Shown here: positions 1 through 8,801 of the stretch, one piece after another
Layout of the letters: the number at the start of each line of letters is the position of its first letter
Position numbering within the stretch: position 1 is the first letter of the stretch
Source: Candidatus Uhrbacteria bacterium
GTDB taxonomy: Bacteria; Patescibacteriota; Patescibacteriia; JACQRZ01
Assembly (NCBI GenBank): GCA_016188385.1
Contig: JACPHV010000032.1
Span: 5,174-69,173 of the forward strand
Reading direction: 5' to 3'
DNA: 64,000 bases
Program-made: the position numbers and the translations under genes
The notes under the pieces: generated by a model
The model's input: only the letters and a program-made list of their open reading frames with translations
Told to the model about the DNA's origin: nothing
The model's database searches: none

Positions 1-2185
1 GGCTTACACCCTGTCATTTGACAGTGCGCCATGCGGCTTTGAAGGCGCAGGTGATGTGGTGAAAGAAAATGGTTTTGTTGTCGATAACAGAGTGCCTCGC
101 ATTGTATTCGACAAAATAATCAAATCTCTTCCAGAAGAGAAGAAAAGATACTTGCCATTTCGCTATCATCTAAAGATTAACAAGGTTCAACAAAAGGGCT
201 GGAATCTGTGCGTATTGGAAGTGTATGATCCTTGGGGCGTGAGAAACTACAAACATTTTTTTCTGGAACCAAAAAAACCGGAACCACCAAAGGTTGACAT
301 TTGGATGGAGGGGCAGGAAACCAAGAAAGAGAAAGAAGAAATCCGTGTCGGTCCAGACTCTACGGTAAAAGTTAGGTGGCAGACACAGAATGCAGAGAGG
401 ATTGAATTCCGATTTGGTTCACCAGAAATGCGTTTAAAGTGGTTTCCATATGAAGATGAGTGTAGTATTGGTGCGGGTTTTGTTATGGAAAAAACTGCAT
501 ATTGCTCGGAATTTAGTAAAGACCGTGAACGCAACCGTGAACAGAGGCTCCGTGAATTTTTAAAAGCAGCACAGGAATGGGAAGATGAGACAATGAAGAA
601 TGCCCAAGAAAAATTTGGCGTTAGATATGATGATCCATTAGTGAGACGAGGCCTCTGGTTTCAGAGGTCGGCGCTTTTACAACAGTTTCCTCCACAGGTC
701 ATTGATGATATAGAGAAACGTTTCGTTGACAGGGGTTCAATAGAAATTAACAGCGGCATGTCAGGCAGGGAAGTGTCGATTTATGCGTATAACAATGTAT
801 CATCGAAAGATCCTAAGGATATACAAGAGGCATCAAATAGGATAGAGATCAAAGTTGTTCCGCTTAGAAATATAGTTCTCATTTCAAAAGTGGTTGGCCC
901 AAGCGATCTTCAGATACAAGCTTCTGGCGAAGGTATTTATGAATCAACTATGTTATGCGCCACATCATGGCCAAGGAGCGGATGTGACTTCACAGCCGAA
1001 AGTACAAAGAAATACTGGCATGGAAAAGATAGTATTTCATGGACCATTAGCGATGTAGATATGGGCGATACTTTGGTAGATTTTTGGTTTAAAGGTGTTG
1101 ACGAGGCGGGACATGTAAAAGAAGAGTATCGGCGAGCAACCATTAAAGGAGGTGATCTCGTTCAGTGTGTTGTAAGTGGTTTTGATGAACATTTTAGTAA
1201 ATTAACGATCGGTTATAATGAAAGTCTTTATGCAGTTGGAGACTATACTCCCACTGATGTTAGCAAAGGAGTAGACGAAGCCAAGAAACTCGTCGGAAAT
1301 TCTTCTACATCACAGAATCTTGGAATGTGTTTATATAGGTTAAATGGACAAGGTTTAGAATCAGTATCATGTTTCATAAAAGAAATAATGACAGCTATAG
1401 AGAAGGGCGCAAAAAAATGTAAAGGCGATACGGCAAACGCGATTGCATTTGGAGTGAGTATAGGCGGGATATTTTCTGAACCTATTCCTGGTATTAGAAT
1501 ATCATTAGCTGGACTTATCGTGGGGAGTCTTTCAAAAAAGACCGACGAGCCAGATTTTTTTTGGACATGGATTTTTACCGCCGGGATCGTCATAGTATCT
1601 GGTATAATGTATAAAATATTAAAGTTAGATTTCCTTATTAATGAATTTAAAAAAATGATAATAGACGCGTTACAAATATTAAGTGTTTCTTTTGATATAG
1701 AAAAAAAGTTAAAAAAAGGTGTAATAAATACAATAATAGAGCAAGCCAATGGGATTCCTGCAACTGGCGGTCCTAATCCAAAAACAATACTCCCAGAGCT
1801 AATTCCTAACTATAGCCTTGTTCGCTGTACGGAAAAAGGAACATGTGATCAAGGTTTGATGGATTTTCAAAAAAAAGGGATGGGTGATGTGAGTAATTTA
1901 GTCACTTCAGCGGGGAAACTTTCAGTAGGGCTGGGATGGCCATGTGATACTTTCGAAAAGTGCTCCTCCAACGCATTACAAATAGCTTGCGCTATTAAAG
2001 GAAAAACGATTACGAGAGACAATGCGTTAGCCAAAATAAAGAGTAGTAGCGTCGGCAGCATAGGGAATGTCAAAACCCCTGCCTGGAAAATTATTCATTT
2101 TAGTGCGCTAGTGGTAAAGGATACGAGATATATGACAGAATCACAAGCAGGCACAATCGTGTCTGAAGCAGGTGGCTGTCCTTAG
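1..2185 (+). CDS. Large hypothetical Cys-rich protein, 5'-truncated by the window; hydrophobic helices in the C-terminal half; possibly secreted or toxin-like
   Basis: The frame is open from position 2, upstream of the track's GTG at 56, to TAG at 2185. It has many Cys, hydrophobic segments (AIAFGVSIGGIF..., FFWTWIFTAGIVIVSGIMY) and AT-rich codons. No family motif was recognised. Confidence 0.7.
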   Translation, partial: AYTLSFDSAPCGFEGAGDVVKENGFVVDNRVPRIVFDKIIKSLPEEKKRYLPFRYHLKINKVQQKGWNLCVLEVYDPWGVRNYKHFFLEPKKPEPPKVDIWMEGQETKKEKEEIRVGPDSTVKVRWQTQNAERIEFRFGSPEMRLKWFPYEDECSIGAGFVMEKTAYCSEFSKDRERNREQRLREFLKAAQEWEDETMKNAQEKFGVRYDDPLVRRGLWFQRSALLQQFPPQVIDDIEKRFVDRGSIEINSGMSGREVSIYAYNNVSSKDPKDIQEASNRIEIKVVPLRNIVLISKVVGPSDLQIQASGEGIYESTMLCATSWPRSGCDFTAESTKKYWHGKDSISWTISDVDMGDTLVDFWFKGVDEAGHVKEEYRRATIKGGDLVQCVVSGFDEHFSKLTIGYNESLYAVGDYTPTDVSKGVDEAKKLVGNSSTSQNLGMCLYRLNGQGLESVSCFIKEIMTAIEKGAKKCKGDTANAIAFGVSIGGIFSEPIPGIRISLAGLIVGSLSKKTDEPDFFWTWIFTAGIVIVSGIMYKILKLDFLINEFKKMIIDALQILSVSFDIEKKLKKGVINTIIEQANGIPATGGPNPKTILPELIPNYSLVRCTEKGTCDQGLMDFQKKGMGDVSNLVTSAGKLSVGLGWPCDTFEKCSSNALQIACAIKGKTITRDNALAKIKSSSVGSIGNVKTPAWKIIHFSALVVKDTRYMTESQAGTIVSEAGGCP

Positions 2186-2193
2186 AAAACACT

Positions 2194-2799
2194 ATGTTCA
2201 AGTCGTTAGAATCAAAAAAAATCGTAACCGGTATTCTAATCCTTTTTTTTGTTTTAATCATATTTGTAGTATTTGTTCGCCTGAGGATTGGCATACTTTT
2301 TACCAAAGAAGCTACAACACATAAGACAATTGTTAATTTATCAGGTTGGAAAAAGACTTATATTAATTTTAATGCCGGGATAAAAGTCAACTTACCGAAG
2401 GAAATGATTGTTGAAGATTCGTTCTATTCGGAATCGTTACCTTATGTTGATTTTATTACACCGGATTATTCATCTCACATAGAAATGACGCGATGGAGTA
2501 AAGAAGATTTTTTAGAAGACGATTTTTTAAATCTCGAAGAATATTTTACATTTCGCAAAGACTTCAACCAGTCAGCAGGTTTTTGGATCACCGGAGAAAA
2601 GCTAAAGGTAGATGGCAATACTGCCTATTTCATGCAAACGCAAATCGCAAAAAATACGCAAAAGGAATCACAATTACTCATCGAAAAAGAACCTTATATT
2701 TATCGTTTCCGGCTTATTGAGTTTCAGGGAGATACGCCTAATAGCAAAATCTTACAACAAGCGCTCCGATCAATAAAACTTACGGATCCGCCAAAGTAA
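2194..2799 (+). CDS. Membrane-anchored hypothetical protein with a PsbP/Mog1-like extracellular domain
   Basis: A single N-terminal TM helix is followed by GWKKTY...GIKVNLPKEM...KVDGNTAY...ILQQALRSIKL, the pattern of PsbP-like CPR proteins. Confidence 0.6.
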   Translation: MFKSLESKKIVTGILILFFVLIIFVVFVRLRIGILFTKEATTHKTIVNLSGWKKTYINFNAGIKVNLPKEMIVEDSFYSESLPYVDFITPDYSSHIEMTRWSKEDFLEDDFLNLEEYFTFRKDFNQSAGFWITGEKLKVDGNTAYFMQTQIAKNTQKESQLLIEKEPYIYRFRLIEFQGDTPNSKILQQALRSIKLTDPPK

Positions 2800-2822
2800 T
2801 AATAACTATCAACAATGTCTTT

Positions 2823-3131
2823 ATGTTAACCACTACTCTCTCGATTCTGCTTATCTTTACTATGATTCTGTGGTCGTGGGTGCAAGCGAGGATCTATAAG
2901 ACAATTAAGGAGAGGCACCCGGCTGAATATGAAAAGTTGGAACATCCTCGATTCTGGAAAATGTGGAATCCTGGATATACGGCAATTCTCTATGGGACCA
3001 TAAAATTTCCCGATGACCCTGCTCTTAGAGGGGTCATCATAGGCTTCAGGATTTTATCTGTCATTCTCGTCATCATGATGCTTACTTTTGCGGGCATAAA
3101 TTTCTTTGAAGCTTCGATAAATCTCAAATAA
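2823..3131 (+). CDS. Small two-TM membrane protein (possible immunity-type protein)
   Basis: 102 aa with two hydrophobic helices flanking IKERHPAEYEKLEHP. Confidence 0.6.
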   Translation: MLTTTLSILLIFTMILWSWVQARIYKTIKERHPAEYEKLEHPRFWKMWNPGYTAILYGTIKFPDDPALRGVIIGFRILSVILVIMMLTFAGINFFEASINLK

Positions 3132-3149
3132 CATGAGCCAGTACTTACT

Positions 3150-5387
3150 ATGACCACACACAAAAATTATATCGGCGCTGTAAAAATAATGTTGGCAGGA
3201 TTTGTGCTGGCAATAATGGGAGCTCCACTTTCTATTGTTCATGCACAAAAAGAAAAAATTGATGATTGGCAATTCACCCCGCAGTCATATACCAGTGTTT
3301 TCACATTGAATCTCCCGCCCTTTCCTGAATACTGGTATGCGTATGTTGTTCTTGTGTTAGCCTTTGTTTTGTGTCTGATCCCAATTGGAATCTTTTTTCA
3401 TGGCTTGTATCTCTTTTTTAGCAGCATTCGCGATAAAGAATACCGTTCAAGAGGGACGCATAAAATCGCGCTTGGTATATCTCCAGTCGTTGCTATATCC
3501 GCGCTCATCCTTTTTATTTTTCTCCTTACTGGAGGATCTCTGAACGCGCGAATGCTGTTTGTAGCGCTGAATCTCTTTTTTCTAACCTCGTTTATTGGCA
3601 GTATCGTGCTCTTGATAAGAGGCATCTATGTATGGATCAGATATCGAGCATTGGTTGATTGGAAAAAATGCGGGAGGATGAAAACATTTTTTGCCGTATA
3701 CAGCATTATCATTATTCTTGCCTTATGGAATGTTGTTTATTATTCGGCAAAAAGCGTGGTGTCATTTCCCGCAAACAGAACAGGATCCGTATCATTTGAT
3801 TCATCAGTTGGAAACGTACAATATTTTAATACTAGCCAGGCGCCACCGCCAGCAGCAGATACCTCCATCGGTCTATCCGTAGGAGGAGCAAAGGACATAG
3901 ATAATTTTCGAAAAAATATCAAAAATAATTATCTTCCGATTCCAACCGATGTGACGCATGAAGGATTGTTCTATGACTACTTGTTTGACACGGGTATCCA
4001 AAAACCCTGCGAAAAACTTTTCTGCCCATCATATTCGACTGCCGTATCCAAAGATCCCTTTTCCGGTGAGCAGAAGTATTTCCTTTCCATTGGCTTGAAT
4101 TCCGGCGTCCAACAAAAAGATTTTGCGCGGCGAAAGACCAATTTTCTTGTTGTCTTAGATATTTCAGGTTCCATGGGTGAGCAGTTTAACCGTTATTATT
4201 ACGACCGTTTCGGGCAGAAACAATCTGTTTTCGATAATCAACAGGATGAAGGAAAAACGAAAATGGAAATAGCGGCCGAGTCTATCAATGACATGCTTGG
4301 GCATCTCACGGGCGATGACAGCTTCGGCATGGCACTTTTTGATGACATATCGTATGTCGCAAAACCATTGCGCAAAGTTTCTGAAACAGATATGGAACGC
4401 ATCAAAAAACATATCAGCGAACTCAAGCCACAAGGGGGGACGAATATGTCAGCTGGCATGCAAGAGGCGCTCTGGCAATTTGAGGCATATAGAGGCACAG
4501 AAGATCCTGATTTTGAAAACCGCGTTATCTTTCTAACCGATGCGATGCCGAATACGGGCGATACTACTGAAGAAGGCATGTTTGGCATCGCAAAAAGGCT
4601 GGCAGAACAGAAGATTTATACAACATTTGTCGGAGTTGACTTTAACACCGAGTTGATTGAGTCAATTTCCAAGATTCGCGGCGCAAATTATTACTCCGTG
4701 CATTCTGCGAAAGAATTCAAGAAGCGCATGGATGAGGGATTTGACTCTATGGTTACACCACTCGTGTTTAATCTCAATCTTGAAATCATCGCCCCCGGCT
4801 TTCAGATAGAAAAAGTCTACGGTTCGCCAGAAGCAGACGAAACAACCGGTGAGATCATGAAAGTAAATACGCTATTCCCTTCAGAGCAGACCGAGGGGGA
4901 GACACGCGGCGGATTGGTGCTTCTCCAGCTGAAACGATTTGCTGATGACGCTACTGCCATAATGCTCAGGGCAAAGTATGAAAGTAGGCAAGGAGATATT
5001 CAGCAGTCAGATGAAATGGCATTCTTCAAGGAAGTGGAAGAGTATTATGATAATTTCGGCATTCGAAAAGGGATTGTGCTCGCGCGGTATGCAAATATCT
5101 TGCGTGATTGGATGTTTTATGAACGCGCACAAGGCACAGAGGAAGAACGCAAAATAGTGCGACCAGCCTCGCCAGTTGAGTATTATGATGTTGAGGGAAT
5201 ACCCATTGTATCTCCAGAGTTTACACTTGGAAAATGGGAACGGCAGTCGCAGGTTCTCCGCGTATCGGATACTTACAAAAATATTTTTACGGATTTTATC
5301 CCTTACATGATTACGGAGACGGAGGCTATTGGCGATCAAGCACTCCAGAAAGAGCTTGATGTCTTGGGGACGATCTTGAGTAAATAA
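3150..5387 (+). CDS. Multi-TM von Willebrand factor type A (vWA) domain protein
   Basis: MIDAS motif VLDISGSM, plus GGTNMSAG and FLTDAMPN; 4-5 N-terminal TM helices; GGAKDIDNFR...YLP block before the vWA domain. Confidence 0.85.
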   Translation: MTTHKNYIGAVKIMLAGFVLAIMGAPLSIVHAQKEKIDDWQFTPQSYTSVFTLNLPPFPEYWYAYVVLVLAFVLCLIPIGIFFHGLYLFFSSIRDKEYRSRGTHKIALGISPVVAISALILFIFLLTGGSLNARMLFVALNLFFLTSFIGSIVLLIRGIYVWIRYRALVDWKKCGRMKTFFAVYSIIIILALWNVVYYSAKSVVSFPANRTGSVSFDSSVGNVQYFNTSQAPPPAADTSIGLSVGGAKDIDNFRKNIKNNYLPIPTDVTHEGLFYDYLFDTGIQKPCEKLFCPSYSTAVSKDPFSGEQKYFLSIGLNSGVQQKDFARRKTNFLVVLDISGSMGEQFNRYYYDRFGQKQSVFDNQQDEGKTKMEIAAESINDMLGHLTGDDSFGMALFDDISYVAKPLRKVSETDMERIKKHISELKPQGGTNMSAGMQEALWQFEAYRGTEDPDFENRVIFLTDAMPNTGDTTEEGMFGIAKRLAEQKIYTTFVGVDFNTELIESISKIRGANYYSVHSAKEFKKRMDEGFDSMVTPLVFNLNLEIIAPGFQIEKVYGSPEADETTGEIMKVNTLFPSEQTEGETRGGLVLLQLKRFADDATAIMLRAKYESRQGDIQQSDEMAFFKEVEEYYDNFGIRKGIVLARYANILRDWMFYERAQGTEEERKIVRPASPVEYYDVEGIPIVSPEFTLGKWERQSQVLRVSDTYKNIFTDFIPYMITETEAIGDQALQKELDVLGTILSK

Positions 5388-5521
5388 TATAAAATAAATA
5401 TGATCAAATACAAATAAATGGAAATAAATGGAGTCAGCCACCATTTCTACTATTTTTCTGCATTTGTTTTAATTCATAAGGGTTTGGGGCGTGAAAATTC
5501 TCTGACCCCTCAAGTAATCGT

Positions 5522-6388
5522 ATGATTTATTCCATTGTTCGTCTTTTTCTCATCGCGTTTTTCATGGCAGGCGTTTTCTCTGCGTCAATGGTCTCCGCGG
5601 CGTCGCTTTCAAGCCGCCTTTCAGGACGCATTCTGCTTCAGGTGGAAGACAAGGGGAAAGCATGGTATGTTGATCCATCAACCAAAGATCGCGCATATCT
5701 TGGCAGGCCCGCAGATGCGTTCCGCGCGATGAGAGAGTTGGGCCTCGGCATTACGAATGCGGACCTTGACCGCATCGTGGTATCGGATGACGGGAAATCC
5801 GGAGACACAAAATTTGCGCGGAAACTCGCGGGAAAAATTGTTCTGCAAGTTCAGTCAAAAGGCGAGGCATGGTATGTCAATCCCGTAGATCTGAAACGTT
5901 ATTATCTCGGCCGCCCCGCGGACGCGTTTTCCATTATGCGCGAGCTTGGTCTTGGCGTCTCAAACAAAGATATTGAGAAGATATCCGTAAAATCAGGATA
6001 TCAAGATCTTGGACAAATATCTTCTGGAATTCAAACGCAAGTTCAAGCACAGCCACCATCACCGTCATTGCCATCCGATCAAATACAGGATCAAACACCT
6101 GCGGTTGTTTTGGAAGATACAAAAGAAGGCCCGACAGAACCTCAAACAGAATCGACTCCAACATCAAAGCCTGAAGTAGAATCTGTTACACAGGAGACTC
6201 AAATACAGGGGCAGGAAAGTACATCATCAACATCGACTTCAGATCAGATACATGAACAAGTAGAGGAAGCCGCGCCAACAAAGTCGGAGGCTGAAACAGA
6301 AAAAGATCGATATAACAAGGCGATTGAAGACCGTTATAAAAACGAAGCGATATTCAGGTCACTTGATTTTGGAACAGGTATTTGGTAG
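5522..6388 (+). CDS. Secreted protein with two CPR-type GRILLQVE...GEAWYV repeats and a Ser/Thr/Gln/Glu-rich tail
   Basis: Signal peptide, then two repeats (GRILLQVEDKGKAWYVDP...AYLGRPADAF; GKIVLQVQSKGEAWYVNP...YYLGRPADAF) and a low-complexity linker. Confidence 0.8.
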   Translation: MIYSIVRLFLIAFFMAGVFSASMVSAASLSSRLSGRILLQVEDKGKAWYVDPSTKDRAYLGRPADAFRAMRELGLGITNADLDRIVVSDDGKSGDTKFARKLAGKIVLQVQSKGEAWYVNPVDLKRYYLGRPADAFSIMRELGLGVSNKDIEKISVKSGYQDLGQISSGIQTQVQAQPPSPSLPSDQIQDQTPAVVLEDTKEGPTEPQTESTPTSKPEVESVTQETQIQGQESTSSTSTSDQIHEQVEEAAPTKSEAETEKDRYNKAIEDRYKNEAIFRSLDFGTGIW

Positions 6389-6443
6389 CTCTGAATTACG
6401 AAATTCCTAAAATCACACAAAATTGTTAAAAAATGGTAGAATT

Positions 6444-6472
6444 CAAACAGTACCTGATTAAGGTGCTGTTTG
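6444..6472 (+). terminator. Putative intrinsic terminator hairpin
   Basis: CAAACAGTACCT-GATTA-AGGTGCTGTTTG inverted repeat downstream of the 5522-6388 gene. Confidence 0.5.
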
Positions 6473-6576
6473 CTTGATTCAGTAAAAAATGAAAGAGATT
6501 TTTGGGAATGTTGAAATAGAAAATAATAAAGCCTGCAAATTCAATATTTCAAAAGTAATAACAAACTTCTTCAAGT

Positions 6577-7005
6577 ATGCACCATGCCACTATTCAAGGA
6601 CATCAAGTAATTTGTTCCGCTTTTATTGAAAAGAGGGGTTTGTTTCTTGTAGTATTTGATCCGGGTTTTCATGTATGGCGTGTCCCCGGAGGCAGAGCCG
6701 AATGGGGGGAAACAGTCGAGGAAACGTTATTGAGAGAAATGAAAGAGGAGACGGGTGTTCTATTTGACCAACCACGCTTTCTTGGTTTCGGACAAGATCA
6801 GCAATTTCATATTGCTGACAACAAGGAAACTTCCCGTTTCGTGCTGTATTTTTATGTAAAAACAGATCAAGAAATACATCTTGACCCCCTCGAGGCATCT
6901 GATCATCGATGGGTTTCGTTTGAAGAACTCGGGAGATTGGATAACGCTGAAGGCGCGCTTGCTGACTTATTCCGGCGATTTCCGAACTGTAAGACTGTTG
7001 AATAG
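6577..7005 (+). CDS. NUDIX hydrolase
   Basis: Nudix box PGGRAEWGETVEETLLREMKEETG. Confidence 0.9.
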   Translation: MHHATIQGHQVICSAFIEKRGLFLVVFDPGFHVWRVPGGRAEWGETVEETLLREMKEETGVLFDQPRFLGFGQDQQFHIADNKETSRFVLYFYVKTDQEIHLDPLEASDHRWVSFEELGRLDNAEGALADLFRRFPNCKTVE

Positions 7006-7030
7006 CGCTCGTTTTTCCACAGTGGCAAAA

Positions 7031-7059
7031 TTGACATACGTTGGTCAGAACTTTATGCT
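7031..7059 (+). promoter_or_regulatory. Sigma70-type promoter
   Basis: TTGACA-17 nt-TATGCT upstream of the ATG at 7087. Confidence 0.6.
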
Positions 7060-7086
7060 ATCCTTTTATGAATATACGAAATATCA

Positions 7087-7476
7087 ATGAAGCGCATTCA
7101 GCAAATCGCCAAGGAGAATTTTTTAATTTGGAACCAGTCGTTGTCATCGGGAGATCCTAAGAACGTGGCAGCTCTTTATTCTCGTGACTGTACTTTTCTG
7201 CCGACTTTGTCAGAGGATTTTAAAATAGGCAGAGCGGCGGCACAGCAATATTTCAGCCGCTTTCTAAAAATGCATCCCAACGGAACTATCAGTAATGATC
7301 GGGTCGAACAGCTTGGTGATGGCAGTTATCTGCATTGCGGGTTTTATGATTTTGAGCTCGACGGTAAAAAGGGGAGAGAGGTCGCGCACGCAAGGTTCAC
7401 CTTTATCTGGAAGCTCAACGACAATCATGAGTGGAGGATATTCCACCATCATTCATCAATGCATCCTCACGAATAA
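7087..7476 (+). CDS. SnoaL/DUF4440 (SgcJ/EcaC, COG4875) protein, iota-class carbonic anhydrase-like
   Basis: FLPT, YFSRFL, GFYDF and ARFTFIW motifs, plus the C-terminal WRIFHHHSSMHP signature. Confidence 0.8.
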   Translation: MKRIQQIAKENFLIWNQSLSSGDPKNVAALYSRDCTFLPTLSEDFKIGRAAAQQYFSRFLKMHPNGTISNDRVEQLGDGSYLHCGFYDFELDGKKGREVAHARFTFIWKLNDNHEWRIFHHHSSMHPHE

Positions 7477-7551
7477 AAAAGATATCATTCAATCAGTGAA
7501 ACAAAATGGAAACTTTGTTTTCTCTAATGTTTTTTTGCGAGCTTATACTCT

Positions 7552-8274
7552 ATGCCAGAACAACCAAAACCGCGGGAAATGCGATATGATCCGGAAACGG
7601 AACGAAAAATGTACCTTGTTGCAATGTTTGAAAAAGGTTTGTCTGATACACAAGGTACGATCGGATATCACGCAACCAGCATTGAATCAATCCAATACCT
7701 TATCAGGACAGGTCATTTGCCTGGCTCGCAATCAGAGGAATTGCCTGGTGCGCACAATGCATGGCGTATGCAAAAAGGAGACTTGTATTTTTATCCTCGG
7801 AAATCCAAATTTCCCGACTATGACCCTAATGTGAGCAAATACTTTCTTGATGAGGGCGGTGTCATCGTTGCTGTATCAGATTATGCTCATCGAATCGCAA
7901 GCGTACATTATCTTTTGACGAAATTGAATCTTGGTTTGGAAAATCAAGACTACAACAACGGTGCTCGTGAATTGTTGAGCGGTATGTTTATCAGCGAAAT
8001 TCGAGAATTCCGTGAAACACTTTATTCCCTTGACATCAGCGATGCGCAGATAGGTCAAGCTCTCAAAGAGGCGAAGGAACGCAAAGGAATCATATTAGGT
8101 CTTGGCGTTTCGCTGCTAAAAACACATCAGGTAAGAGATGGCGACAGGAACGCCGGTGATCTCCGCATTAATTTTCCTTCAGGGATGGACTACACGTACA
8201 TTTCGGGCGTTGAATCGTTTGGAAAGCACGAGCGGGAATTTTTTTCTGACATTAAAAAAAGTTTGTCTCGGTGA
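7552..8274 (+). CDS. Hypothetical protein with ADP-ribosyltransferase-like N-terminal motifs
   Basis: 240-aa ORF. GYHATS...YLIRTGHLP...GDLYFYP resembles the ART H-x-T/S strand 1 and the G-x-YF strand. The function is inferred. Confidence 0.55.
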   Translation: MPEQPKPREMRYDPETERKMYLVAMFEKGLSDTQGTIGYHATSIESIQYLIRTGHLPGSQSEELPGAHNAWRMQKGDLYFYPRKSKFPDYDPNVSKYFLDEGGVIVAVSDYAHRIASVHYLLTKLNLGLENQDYNNGARELLSGMFISEIREFRETLYSLDISDAQIGQALKEAKERKGIILGLGVSLLKTHQVRDGDRNAGDLRINFPSGMDYTYISGVESFGKHEREFFSDIKKSLSR

Positions 8275-8303
8275 CACGCACCATCCGCGCATAAGCTGCA
8301 GAC

Positions 8304-8801
8304 TCAAAGCGCAGTCACTTTATAAAGGCGGGTGGACTTGTCTATAAATAACGTCCCATTGAGGTGATCAGTCTCGTGCTGAAGCACGCGCGCGAGCAGC
8401 CCTGTGCCCTTTATCGTGTGCGTTTGGCCATTTCTATCCTGGTATTCCGCCGTAACTGACATATATCGTCTCACAGGACCAAAAATGCCGGGGACGGAAA
8501 GACACCCCTCTTCATGCGCCTCTTTTCGGAATGAATGGCGAATGATTCTGGGGTTGATTAACACCGTACCTTCACGACTTTCTTTCTTGTATTCTTCGTA
8601 GCGGTCGGGATCCGGTACGATAACCGCAAGACGCAAAGAGTAATTTACTTGTGGCGCAGCAAGTCCGATACCGTCGCGCTCATACATAGTCGGGATCATG
8701 TCATCTATCAATTTTTGCAGCGCCGGATCATCGAATCGCGTAATCATGTCCGCGCCTCGACGCAATACCGGGTGGTCTGTGCGCACAAGCGGAAGAATCA
8801 T
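8304..8801 (-). CDS. def: Peptide deformylase
   Basis: GIGLAAPQV, EGCLSVPG and QHETDHLNG motifs. Confidence 0.97.
   Translation of the reverse strand: MILPLVRTDHPVLRRGADMITRFDDPALQKLIDDMIPTMYERDGIGLAAPQVNYSLRLAVIVPDPDRYEEYKKESREGTVLINPRIIRHSFRKEAHEEGCLSVPGIFGPVRRYMSVTAEYQDRNGQTHTIKGTGLLARVLQHETDHLNGTLFIDKSTRLYKVTAL

Noticed and set aside
5413..5432. AAATAAATGG tandem duplication
   Set aside because: Only two units in an AT-rich spacer, with no evidence of function.
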